DNA of 63,540 nucleotides, counting the filler, from Octopus bimaculoides (Eukaryota), in the NCBI RefSeq assembly GCF_001194135.2. It is 5 parts of 4 records of this genome, joined end to end, with 100 filler letters (N's around TTAATTAATTAA, not from the genome) between each part and the next. Parts side by side here need not be neighbours in the genome. Positions count along the whole stretch, not along the records: positions 51,284 to 55,976 come from NC_068981.1; positions 56,077 to 63,540 come from NC_068981.1; 3 more parts are not named here. One strand, 5' to 3'. The notes beneath the pieces were generated by a model. It worked only from the letters and a program-made list of their open reading frames with translations. It was not told the origin of the DNA and did not search any database. The first letter of the stretch is position 1. Each line of letters begins with the position of its first letter. This document shows positions 52,051 to 63,540 of this stretch, piece after piece. The translations under genes and the position numbers were made by a program.

Positions 52051-54581
52051 CTACGTAGCAACATGGATAATTCTGCTCTGTCTTCTCTAAACCTGATATC
52101 TATTGAAAGGAATTAAATATCGTGGCACACACCTAACAATATTTAGTCCATCAAGTAATAAAGCTAAGCAAGTAGCATTCTTTTTTGTTTCGATTAATGC
52201 GGATGTATGCAACCCACATTAGTAATATGAACTTCAGGCTTTCTGTCGTATATCAGAAAGATGGCATGACAAATATTGCACATACGTTGATTTCAATTTT
52301 TCAACATGGAAAGACAGACCAAATAAATTGACTATATGTAAACTAACCGCTTGGGTATCATTAAAATGTGTAATCAGAATGACATATTACCAACTGGAAA
52401 TTATTGACAGACTAATAAGTTTTGAATACGTAAGAACATTATGCTGAAAGGACAATTAGTTATTCTTCAAGCATTATAAAAGTTGAACATTCTTATAATG
52501 CTAAAATTTTTGATTTCTGCCTGGTATCAATCTGAAGAACAAAAGATCGGTCAGCGAGATTCAAGATCGTTAATGGAGTCGCTGCTGGAAATCATATCAT
52601 TCCCGCTTTCACCAGACATTATTTCACACGAACATTAAATTCAGCTGGATGGATATTACTAATTAGTCCACAGCGCACGTTCCAATATCGAATCGTCCGG
52701 TAAGAAAATTTGAATATATTCTGCCAGTATAATAAACAAAACGCCTCCAGGTCGGCAATCATATTGTCACGATTAACATTTTCTCAATGTATCAGAGAAG
52801 CTCGTATAGAAATAGGAAGTCATCAAAGATTCTGTAGACAAATGGAGAACGCAATGCGAAGCCAAAAGACAAAAATTGACAAAGTAATAATAATAAAAAA
52901 AAGACTGTGAATTGTCATGAAAAAAATCTCATGTTTTCTTAAATCGTCTAACACTAATACGATCAAATGTGAACTATGTTGTGAATAATTGCAGTGTTGA
53001 TTTGTGTATGGTTATGCTAGTCATGCATATTACAGCGGAATCACAGTACAAGTCTCACTTTATTTCAATACAGAATTTTGGGGTGACAATTATTCCTCGT
53101 AGGTCTAACTGTAAAGTTTCAGTCAGAACATTGATCCATGTTTTATAGATATTCACTGGGCTGTGCTGTGGTCAGTTGGATTAAGAACTTAATACTTTCC
53201 ATTAATAAGGTTTAAAAGAATGTAATTTATTTCTGCTATTGTGTCTTACTGCAGTGAGTGAACACAACACAACAAAGTGAAGCTGTAATCAATCGCTCTA
53301 CTAGTGACAAAACCCTGAATTATTCTACATTCAAGATTGACCATAAGCAGTATATAACTATTGAGGCCGTACCAGCTGATATCGATTTCTCTCTAGTTAA
53401 CAAGTACACTATGAACTTAGCTTTTACTCATACCAAAATAGGCAAATTTTCATTTCTTAAATGCGCTTGTTTACAAATGTAAATCCTGTAAAAGTAACAC
53501 GCGCACGCACAAACACACACATTCATACAGACACACACACATTTATGCTGTATAAATTTATTCGCTCAGAAATACACAGAGAAGTCAAGTTTTTCGGAAG
53601 ACTAAGTAGATGCAGGCTTCTGTCTGACTCCCTTCATTACTGTGGTATCCAAGCCAGTCGACTTTAAAATACTGAAATTCTTCTGATTCCAAACAAAAGT
53701 TTGATATTCTGAGTATTATGTATTCTCGTAACCGTGGTTTTACTTACGTGGTCAATCTTTCCTCTTGAAGAGTGAAAATGGATCAATCACTATAAATGTA
53801 AATAGTTTTCAAAGAATTTCTCTTGTCAGAATTTGTTAACTGAAATACATGAGTTTATGACTTAATATTTGAAACTAACATACGACATTAAAAGAGATAT
53901 TAAGTTGCTGTTTACAGAATGGGTTAAAATTAAAACATTTTCAAGCCGAGATGTCATGATTTAATAGTGGAATTTATTAACTTGTCGTGATAAAAGTGTC
54001 TAAGATTTCTGATAAAATTATTTCGGAATCTGTGAGAAGAGTTAGCAAGTAAGAAATTGAATTTGACAGCGTTATAAATTAAACCGATGCGCTGAAAACT
54101 AAAAATTAAGAAATAAAATTAAAAGATAATAAAAAAGTTAAAAGTCATATACTTAGGCTGAAGTAATCAATAGCAATAGAAAATATTTAGTGGTCATAAG
54201 GCTTTACTTTCAATGTTTATGGCAGTTACATCGAGCTCAAAATATTGAATAGCGTGAAACACAAAAATACTTTTCTGAAAAAAAGATGTTTAGCAAAAAA
54301 GCTATGTCGGATTTACTCGAGGTTAATTGGTTTCGCTTTTAGCATTTATATATTGATTTCTAATATTAGCACATGCCAAAATCTGGGAAAGTATACAGTC
54401 AGGGAAGTCGGCACCAGTATTTGACTGGACGTGTAATTTTATTCTTAGTGAATGAAAAAGAGCATAAGAACAAAAATGTCGTGCATGAACAGCATGAGGT
54501 ATTTCGTTAAACGTTGGAACTACTCTGGCCAATTCGCACTTTTAGTGAAACTGTTATATATATATATATATTCTTTTATTC

Positions 54582-54793
54582 TTTTATTCTTTTACTTGTT
54601 TCAGTCATTTGACTGTGGCCATGCTGGAGCACCGCCTTTAGTCGAGCAAATCGACCCCGGGACTTATTCTTTGTAAGCCTAGTATTTATTCTATCGGTCT
54701 CTTTTTGCCGAACCGCTAAGTTACGGGGACCTAAACACACCAGCATTGGTTGTCAAGCGATGTTGGGGGGACAAACACAGATACACAACATAT

Positions 54794-54824
<31 letters not shown>

Positions 54825-54879
54825 CATATATACGACGGGCTTCTTTCAGTTTCCGTCTACCAAATCCACTCACAAGGCT
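54582..54879 (-). mobile_element. SINE family 2, young-looking copy cut by a gap
   Basis: Carries all family-2 blocks without visible deletions up to the N run. Confidence 0.85.
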
Positions 54880-55284
54880 NNNNNNNNNNNNNNNNNNNNN
54901 NNNNNNNNNNNNNNNNNNNNNNNNNNNNNNNNNNNNNNNNNNNNNNNNNNNNNNNNNNNNNNNNNNNNNNNNNNNNNNNNNNNNNNNNNNNNNNNNNNNN
55001 NNNNNNNNNNNNNNNNNNNNNNNNNNNNNNNNNNNNNNNNNNNNNNNNNNNNNNNNNNNNNNNNNNNNNNNNNNNNNNNNNNNNNNNNNNNNNNNNNNNN
55101 NNNNNNNNNNNNNNNNNNNNNNNNNNNNNNNNNNNNNNNNNNNNNNNNNNNNNNNNNNNNNNNNNNNNNNNNNNNNNNNNNNNNNNNNNNNNNNNNNNNN
55201 NNNNNNNNNNNNNNNNNNNNNNNNNNNNNNNNNNNNNNNNNNNNNNNNNNNNNNNNNNNNNNNNNNNNNNACAAATGATATATG

Positions 55285-55520
55285 AGCATATGCATGTATA
55301 AATACATATGTACATACCTACATCTACATGTATATATAGATGCATATCCGGGTACAGGACGTCAAAAAAACGTGGACAAAAAGGAACGGGAACATTGCGT
55401 CTAGGGAGAGTCATTCTCTTTTGGTGCCTTATAATTTAACACACTTACCGGTATAATTTGTACTTATTTCTTTTTTTATTTTTCTCAAATTTTCGTTGCG
55501 TCTAGCAACCTTTTCAATCG
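55285..55520. repeat. Unclassified dispersed repeat (other copies about 10223-10300, 16020-16125 inverted, 17068-17165)
   Basis: Shared blocks GATGCATATCCGGGTACAGGAC, GAGAGTCATTCTC, TTTAACACAC and AAATTTTC.TTGCG...GCAACCTTTTCAAT. Confidence 0.6.
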
Positions 55521-55588
55521 TCTTGACTCTGTCCGTTACTCACACTGCGTTCCTTTTTGTTTGTTTGTTTGTGCGCATCTGTATCGAT

Positions 55589-55624
<36 letters not shown>

Positions 55625-55941
55625 GTGTGTGTTTGTGTGTGTGTTTTGCAACTATGTACCGTGTTTGTATGTATGGATGTGCATCTACATATGTATGGTC
55701 GAGTGTCTCCATATGTATTCTTGTGTGAAGTAAAGTTTATATGTATATATGGTCATGTGTTTCAGCCTTCATTTGCGTATGTGGGCTTGTCTGTTCATAT
55801 AACCCATGTATTTATCCGTCTGTATGTTGATCTGTTTACTTTCATATTCAAATGCTTACATACATGTGCATATATATATATATATATACATACACCCACA
55901 CACGCACACATACATCTATCTACATATATATTATATATATA

Positions 55942-55976
<35 letters not shown>

Positions 55977-56697
55977 NNNNNNNNNNNNNNNNNNNNNNNN
56001 NNNNNNNNNNNNNNNNNNNNTTAATTAATTAANNNNNNNNNNNNNNNNNNNNNNNNNNNNNNNNNNNNNNNNNNNNTGGTAGTTGTAAAACGTCGGTAGG
56101 GAATCAAATTCAATCACTTCTTTTGGAATTAGTCATTTATATTTGTATGTGCAGTAACATTACGGTCACATATGCATGAGCAGTATTACAACACTTGTCT
56201 TGTCATTTGTTTAACAGAATCAGTAACTGGTCCGAGTTGATGTTTTCTCGGGTCTTAAAAAATGAAACCGCAGCTGTTAGTTGGAGTTTCGGCAACATAT
56301 TTTTGAGGGGGCAGAAGGTCCTACTGCATTCCGTCTCCGAATGCAGAAGTCGATGTCTCATCTGGCGGAGAAGCAAATCTGTAGGTGTTTGTGGCCCCTT
56401 GCACTGCAGCACAAGAACTACTCGGGGCCACCCATCGATGTAGGCAACAAAACTCTTGCACAAATGCACAAGACAGATGTTGCATGTCTGGGCCAAATGT
56501 GTTTACTATCCTCAATGCTCGTTCTTATTACACAGATGTAATGGCTTGCTTTCTCGACGGCTTCCGACAATTTTTTAGTAACTTCCTTTCTCTTCTTCAC
56601 AGCTAGTCTAATGACTATTAGAAATTATGCAGCCTAGCATTTGGAGCACGTTTAGTGTTTTGATTTCATTGCTCATCAAGTAAGAGAGAGAGGGGGA

Positions 56698-56906
56698 GAG
56701 AGAGAGAGGAAGAGAAAAAGAGAGAGAGAGGAAGAGAAAAAGAGAGAGAGAGGAAGAGAAAAAGAGAGAGAGAGGAAGAGAAAAAGAGAGAGAGAGGAAG
56801 AGAAAAAGAGAGAGAGAGGAAGAGAAAAAGAGAGAGAGAGGAAGAGAAAAAGAGAGAGAGAGGAAGAGAAAAAGAGAGAGAGAGGAAGAGAAAAAGAGAG
56901 AGAGAG
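56698..56906. repeat. 22-bp purine minisatellite, about 9.5 near-perfect copies
   Basis: Unit GGAAGAGAAAAAGAGAGAGAGA, with period 22 counted directly. Confidence 0.9.
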
Positions 56907-57409
56907 GTGTAGTGCAATATAGTTTCCTAGATATGAATCGAAATTTTCGTGCTGTTGAATGTGACTTGATTATCATTTCCTAATATAATTTTATTTTAAT
57001 TTTCTACTTTTGCTTTCCCCATGCTAATATTGAAGGTGATGATAGAGGTGGATAGTTTAAGAAAGGAATGAGACCAAGCCACTATATTAATCCATATTAT
57101 GCAAAAGTTACAAAATTCAGATAGATTTATAAGAAGGCTTCAACATAGTATCACATGCCACATGTGCTTTGCTGTATACATAAACATCTTATCTAATTGG
57201 TGATCATATTGTTAAATGATAATTAATCCACGTTACATTTCGATACATAAGTAAAGTGCAATCTTACGAAAAATTGAATTATACTGTAGAGTAATGCTGC
57301 ATTTCAAACTTATGTAACACAAAAACAAAAATTGGAGACGTTGAGTCATAATTTTCATTACTATAAATGACAACATAAACTAATCATCATTAATACACAT
57401 TTGATCAAG

Positions 57410-57620
57410 GAGGCGAGCTGGCAGAATCGTTAGCACGCCGGGACCAAAATGCTTAGCGGCATTTCGTCCGCCTTTACGTACTGAGATCAAATTATGTCGG
57501 GGTCGACTTTGCCTTTCAACATTTCAGGGTCGATGAAATAAGTGCCAGTCAAGTACTGGGATCAATTTAATCAACTTAACCCTGTCCCCACAAACTGCTA
57601 ACCTTGTGCCAAATTTTGAA
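57410..57620 (+). mobile_element. Family-1 SINE (further + copies at about 59010-59190 and 61445-61635)
   Basis: GGCGAGCTGGCAGAATCGTTAGCACGCCGG...GCTTAGCGGCATTTCGTC...GGTCGACTTTGCCTTTCA. Confidence 0.85.
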
Positions 57621-59739
57621 ACCTTTATAACACGTTTGTCAGTAGTCTGCAACATGTACAGCTGAGGATAAGGAAATATAACTCTGTAAAGAGAACCTTT
57701 TCTAAAAGGATCTTATACCGTTTTAACCTGAAATTTTGAAGGAAAATAATGATTTTGGCCGCCTATACGTATTGAGATCACTGATTTTATCAAAAGTATC
57801 AGTTGCCTTAGTGGTTGCCAATGAAAGGCTTACGAAGAATAATGATTTTGCATTCATAGCTGAATACAATTAGAAGAAAATGCTGTATCAACATCAACTG
57901 TAAAGCAAACATTGTCAGTTCAGAAACTCTCACCAGAGACGTTCATAAGAGCGTCCAAACAAGAGACTAAATACTGGTGCAAGATGTTGACGTATTACAG
58001 AAGCCATTCATATCTACATCTAAAATAACCACAGATGAAATGCAATTGACGTACTAAACTAGCTTGGTATAAACTGATCTACTCGAAATCTATAGACCTG
58101 CTGATTGCTTAAACTGCTTCAACCAGTTTCTCCAAATTGATTACTACACCAAATATATACTAGAAGTGTAAAAATTGAATTGGCTGGTGTATCGAACAAC
58201 TTTTAATTAATAAAGCTATATTCCCTGATGTAATATAAATAAATAAATGTGATAGAAACTTTTGTGACAATAAGATCTAATTACATTACGACATTAGACT
58301 ATTTCCCACCTGTGCTTTCTGTCATCACTGCATTTGGCAAAATACCTGCTATTCCACTGGTTGTCAATGAAAGGCTTAGATCACAAAAAGCTAGTCAACC
58401 ATCTTCGTGAGGTAACCTAAAACACACCAACTGACCGTAACATTACAGATATTTCAATAGGAGTACTCTAAGGAAATAGTCTGCTCGTGCTTGTTTATTT
58501 TGGAGCTGAAACCGATATCATTTATTGTCTCAACATTGCTGGAAATAGCAAGAAACATGTAAAGCAAAAAAGGCGGTTGTCATGGTTGGAATGTCTATCT
58601 TTAAATATAGGTCTGCTAATCAGAGCTGATGAAATATGGCATTGAAGCATTCTTCCTACAAGATGAACCAACAATGCAACCAACGTTTCAGATAGTTGAT
58701 TGAACGGTGCAAAAAAAGTCTCTCCCTTGATATTGAAATCCTTAAAACACTGTGCACACCATCCACAGAAATAGTGATAATGGAAGGCTTTATCTTAAAA
58801 GGAAGACGAAGGAAGGGTTATTATTTTTTTAATCAGTCCAGAAAGTCTTTAAATGTCGTATGGCGTTCAATATGTATGTGTGCGTACGTGTTTAAAACTT
58901 CTAATGTCCTTATTCTAATAAACTTATTGTATATTGTTTTTACACCAGCTCTCGTTTTAATACAAATATTTCTTTTGCATCGCCACACGTTTGTAAATGG
59001 CCCTCGTACCATTCAGATGCTTAGCGGCACTTCATCCGTCTTTATGTTCTGAGTTCAAATACCACCGAAGTCGACTTTGCCTTTCATTCTTTTGAGGTTG
59101 ATAGAATAAGCACCAGTTAAACACTGAGATAGATGCAACCCATTAGCCTCCACTCCAAAATTTCAAGCCTTGTGCCTATGGTGGAAAGGATTATCATTTT
59201 GCATTATTATTATTGTTATCATAATCATTATTAACATTATTAATATTAATGATATTTTTTTTATTGCCTAATAAATAAGTCAGGCATGTCCAGCGTAACT
59301 CAAAACAAAATTTTGGCTTTCATTAGCTGTTAGATACGTTTTATTGCTATTTTGTATTTGCAATGAGTTTCAAACGAAGAACAGTATTACGGAATTTCTC
59401 CACTCAAGTAGAATTCATTTTTATTATGGTTCTTTTCTTTTGCCAACAAGGTAACCAGTACTTTTACATAAGGTAATGGTAAGTGATAGGAAGAGGAGAC
59501 AAACTGTAAGAGCATGAATGGCAGTAGCACAAAAAAGAAAGGCGTCTGTCAGTTCGATAATAACAAAATGGAAAGCAGAATGAATTTAAATGAGCACTAA
59601 TAACATGGGTGTAGATATGTCTATATAGTTATGCGGTTAAGTCAGATTCGCAAGAATGCGACTTTTAGATGCGATCCAGCTGCATGACATCCTTGGGTTA
59701 ATGTCTTCTTCCATATTTTCTAATTGACCCAAATATTAC

Positions 59740-60250
59740 TGTATGAAAGACTGTCGTATGGCTTGTGCATGTTCTTGGGCGACAGATTTAAAAGTTGTCC
59801 GGTTTAAGACAACCTTGGTGGTTCAATGCAGTCCACTCGATGGTAAACAGGTTATTGGTCGATGTCTTGATGAAGTGATTCTTACAGCAGCAGATTATGG
59901 GTCACGATCATTTCCTTTCTTTCAATCCACCAGTCTCAGATGTCTTGTAGTGATCATGGTCATTAACTTCTCTTCTCTGACTAATCAAAAAAAAATCACC
60001 AAAACCTGGGCAGAAATGGGAACAACGACAACAATAGCAACATAGTAACAATAGTGAAGGGAAATGATTCAGCTCCTAAAGAAATTCGAGACAAGTGATA
60101 AAATAATATAAAATCTAGTATTCCTCCATTATTTTGCAAAAAGGGCAAATTGGTGCAAAGAGGACACTCGGTAATACACCACCCAGAAGTGATTTATGAA
60201 TAAAGAAGAAAGCACTACCCATTCTCAATCAATCAGGAATATATGAGAGA
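59740..60250 (-). mobile_element. Very degraded non-LTR RT remnant
   Basis: Minus strand SRHRPITCLP resembles the RT motif (NY)RPITCL of RLE-clade elements. The rest is poorly conserved. Confidence 0.3.
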
Positions 60251-62436
60251 TCATTTTGTTCATTACACAGGGGAGGATAGGGATATTTAGCAAAGACTTC
60301 CTGAATTTGAAGAAACTGCTGAGGTTTCGTATGAGCAACGATTACTTTGGAGAGTTTGCAGAATGTTGTTCGAGGCCAGGACAACTCTTGGAGAAGTAGT
60401 CTTAAAACTGGAAGTCTTCTTGTAAGTGAACCGTCCTTTATATGAGGTTCCTGGAGCTTGGAAACTCTTTTTCCGCGAACTGCCTTATAAGCTGTGTGAC
60501 AAGCTCTATTCTTGCCTGTACTTCATCGTTGACGTAATATTTTCGTATAGAAATCAAAATCCAACCGTGTCGTACCACTTCATGGTGTTAAAAATGGGCC
60601 TGACCTAAGGTAGCAATTGCAATATCTATTTGGGCCAAAATGTTCTCATACAGGGAAGTCATTATTATGGATGATCACATGCATTCCAAACAATTAGAGC
60701 GTATACAATCGATATGCTACAAGCTAAGTCTTATTGCAAAAATATTCCTATTGTTACAAGGTTTATAAATCCACCTCAGTGAATCAGCCGAGGAAATTAT
60801 AAAACATTATCAGAGCTTGGGCTCATTTCTGTACGCAGTCAAGAATACTGTCCCTGAAAAAGGAAATTGAGGCATTCTGTGACGTCTCTGAACAACGGTC
60901 ATATGACCTTTAATTTTAAGTCTATCCTACAATAGCGTAATCTTGAACATAATTTTCAATTGGAAAATTCTTTAGTATTTTTCGATAGCAACTTGCCCTC
61001 ATTGAGTCTTTTATGAACGTGGAATTAACTTTTGGTACGAAAACTTTTCTTTACCCCTGCTCTATGTGATCGATTTATATGACAGTCAAAGATCCTTAAA
61101 TTTTTTCTTATTGTTTTTTTATGTAGGGAGGTCATATTGAATAAAATGAAGCAAGATGCACATAAACTGAATAAAAGAGGTGTGATAATAACAAATGTAA
61201 TGACTTCAATGATAGATCAGTTCAATCAAGGATGACCTAGTGTTTAACAAAAACAACAAATCAGTCCATTACTGCAATCACCTATGTCCATTACTATTTT
61301 TTCCAGATTAAATTGATATAAAAACGATTATTAAAAACGTATGATTTTATGCAAACTGGACTTTTCGACGGAGTCTGGTTTTTTTATTGTTTTTTTTTTT
61401 ATAGTTTATATTCATCAATACTAGTGGTTGATCCAAGACGATCACATGGCAGAATCGTTAGCACTCCGGGCAAAACGATTAGTGGCATTTCCTCAGTTTT
61501 CATGTTCTGAGTTCAAATTCCGCCGAGGTTGACTTTACTTTTCATCCTTTCAGAGTCGATAAAATAAGCACCTGATGAAAACTGAGGTCAGTTGAACCAA
61601 CTTATCTTCTTCCCCAAACCTGATGACCTTTCTTTATCTTTAAATCAATAGAAGCTTGTTTTTTTTATTTTCCTACTGTGTCAATTATGTTTTTTTTAAT
61701 AGTTAAGCATTTATTGCAAATTTACGTACAAATGCATGCTTTTATAAACATATGCATCCATCCATCTATCCATATCTAGGTATCAATGCATGTACGTAAG
61801 TGTGTGATTCTCGGGCTGAGAGGAAAGGCTTGAAATCTAGCAGTTTAAAGAAAAGCGATCAGTAATAACATGACAAGTATATTTGGTTTTTCTTCGGGTA
61901 TCAGTAAATAAGTAAATGTCTGCACATATGCATATGTGAATGTATGACATAAGCATGCAATCAGCAATATATTTCTCTTCTTTGCTTTAAATATTACGGT
62001 TAAAGACAAAATTATATTTTTTTGTGTAAACATACATGTGTGTCAATGTGATGATATGTTTTCCCTGTGACAATTGCTAAAGTTCTTCACAGGAGAGAAA
62101 GAAGAAGACGAAGAAGAAGGAGACAGAGAAGAAGAGAAAGAATAATAAGAGAATGCAGGATGGTAGGATAGTAGTAGGATGTTAAATGGTCAAGTGACCT
62201 AAAAGTGGCTCGTTGTGGATTGGGAGTTTTTTAATGAATTCTTGGGCATCTCTTTTGAATGTATCATTTTTAATATTTGCGTGTATATTATTCTAAGGTC
62301 GTGTTAGATATGTCATTTGTTGTTGATGCGTTCAAAAGGGGGCTGTATTTTGTAATAAAGAGAGACTCTTTACTAATTCGTTGGCTACAGGTTGTATCGT
62401 CCATGAATTGATATATATATATATGTCAATGTATTT

Positions 62437-62481
<45 letters not shown>

Positions 62482-62932
62482 GCATGCACACATATACGTA
62501 CACCACAAAGAGTGCGGTGAGTAAGAAAGGGAGACTTGAAATCTAGCAGAATATAAGAACAGTCAAAAAGTAAGAACGTGACGAGTCATTTTTGCTTGCT
62601 TCTCTTTTTTTTTTTTGTTTTGTTTTGTTTTGTTTTTTTAGTTTTCTGGCTGTTTTCTTTTGCGGTACTTGTGAATATGTTAGTGTGCGTATCAATGATT
62701 ATTTTGAGTGTATTGTTATAAGCATGTTTTTTTGTTCACTTCTTTTTATCATGTCAGTTAAGACCGGCTATGTTTTTCGTGTAAGCGCATGTATACCAGT
62801 GTGCAGCGTTATTCTTTAAAGTTTGTTTACGCCTTTTCTATGTAGAATCCAAGCCAGTCACTAGCAAAAGTACAAAGTGCTTTTGTTTGAGTCAAGACAA
62901 TTCATAGGATTTGTGAATATATGACTGAGTCA

Positions 62933-62977
<45 letters not shown>

Positions 62978-63540
62978 AGTGTATGTGTATATATACATGC
63001 ACTCTTAGAAGGGATCTACATGTCTTTTTACAACACGAATTTGTTTGTGATTATGTTGTAGGCATGTGTGTGTGTACGTCATAGACATATTTGTGATTGT
63101 GTGTTTATGCCCATTACAGGAAACTCAAATGAAAAATATTTGGAATGTTTTAGAAATCTACACTGTGCCACTCTGTGACTGGATTGGGTACATCATAGAT
63201 TGTTTGTTAAGTAGGTTCTGGCTCCAAAAACCTCAGCAGTCTATACAGCGAGTTTAATGCGAGGAAGTTTTCACCTTTACACCGATATCAAAAAGGTACG
63301 ATTTCTCTTGAGCCTTATCCAATCAAATCAACAAATCTGCATATCCTTCACAACATACAGTTAGAGATCCTTCTTTAAAATGTATCTCAATCAAGGCAGA
63401 AATAATGATATCAATTTCGGTCAGTTCTTTTAAACCCCATAAAGTGATCTTCACAACATCATACTTATCAGTTTCGACTACCACAAAGAATGTATGTACT
63501 CGTGCATGTGCGTAAGTATGTTTGTATGAACGTATGTGTG

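Noticed and set aside
63215-63295. 81-nt AG...GT segment (VLAPKTSAVYTASLMRGSFHLYTDIKK) as an exon
   Set aside because: No similarity to PSPH or any family I recognise, and the acceptor is weak.

Overview
Animal genomic DNA, AT-rich and dense in microsatellites and transposons, with many N gaps. The tRNA-derived SINE families and repeat density point to an octopod cephalopod, probably Octopus (inference). I can support only one host coding segment: the first coding exon of phosphoserine phosphatase (PSPH, 10569-10708, + strand, HAD motif DVDST intact). I found no later PSPH exon, so the remaining ~53 kb is probably a giant intron, or exons lie in gaps. The rest is a transposon graveyard. It holds LINE reverse transcriptase (RT) fragments, R4/Dong-like restriction-like endonuclease (RLE) fragments, a DD34D mariner, a DD37D maT element and Tc1/mariner MITEs. 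It also holds three Merlin (IS1595-like) derivatives, Penelope-like element (PLE) fragments and more than 25 SINE copies. Most notable: (1) two families of short elements carrying minimal type-I hammerhead ribozymes, one with a complete catalytic core (45151-45196); (2) a Merlin MITE whose interior is telomeric CCCTAA/TTAGGG repeats in an 18-bp higher-order period; (3) a PLE whose GIY-YIG endonuclease is split by a ~470-bp trinucleotide-derived insert; (4) a fold-back with a templated inverted insertion. I found no CRISPR array, rRNA or genuine tRNA gene. Nearly all ORFs in the supplied track are microsatellite, N-gap or antisense artefacts. I found no clearly novel multi-gene system.
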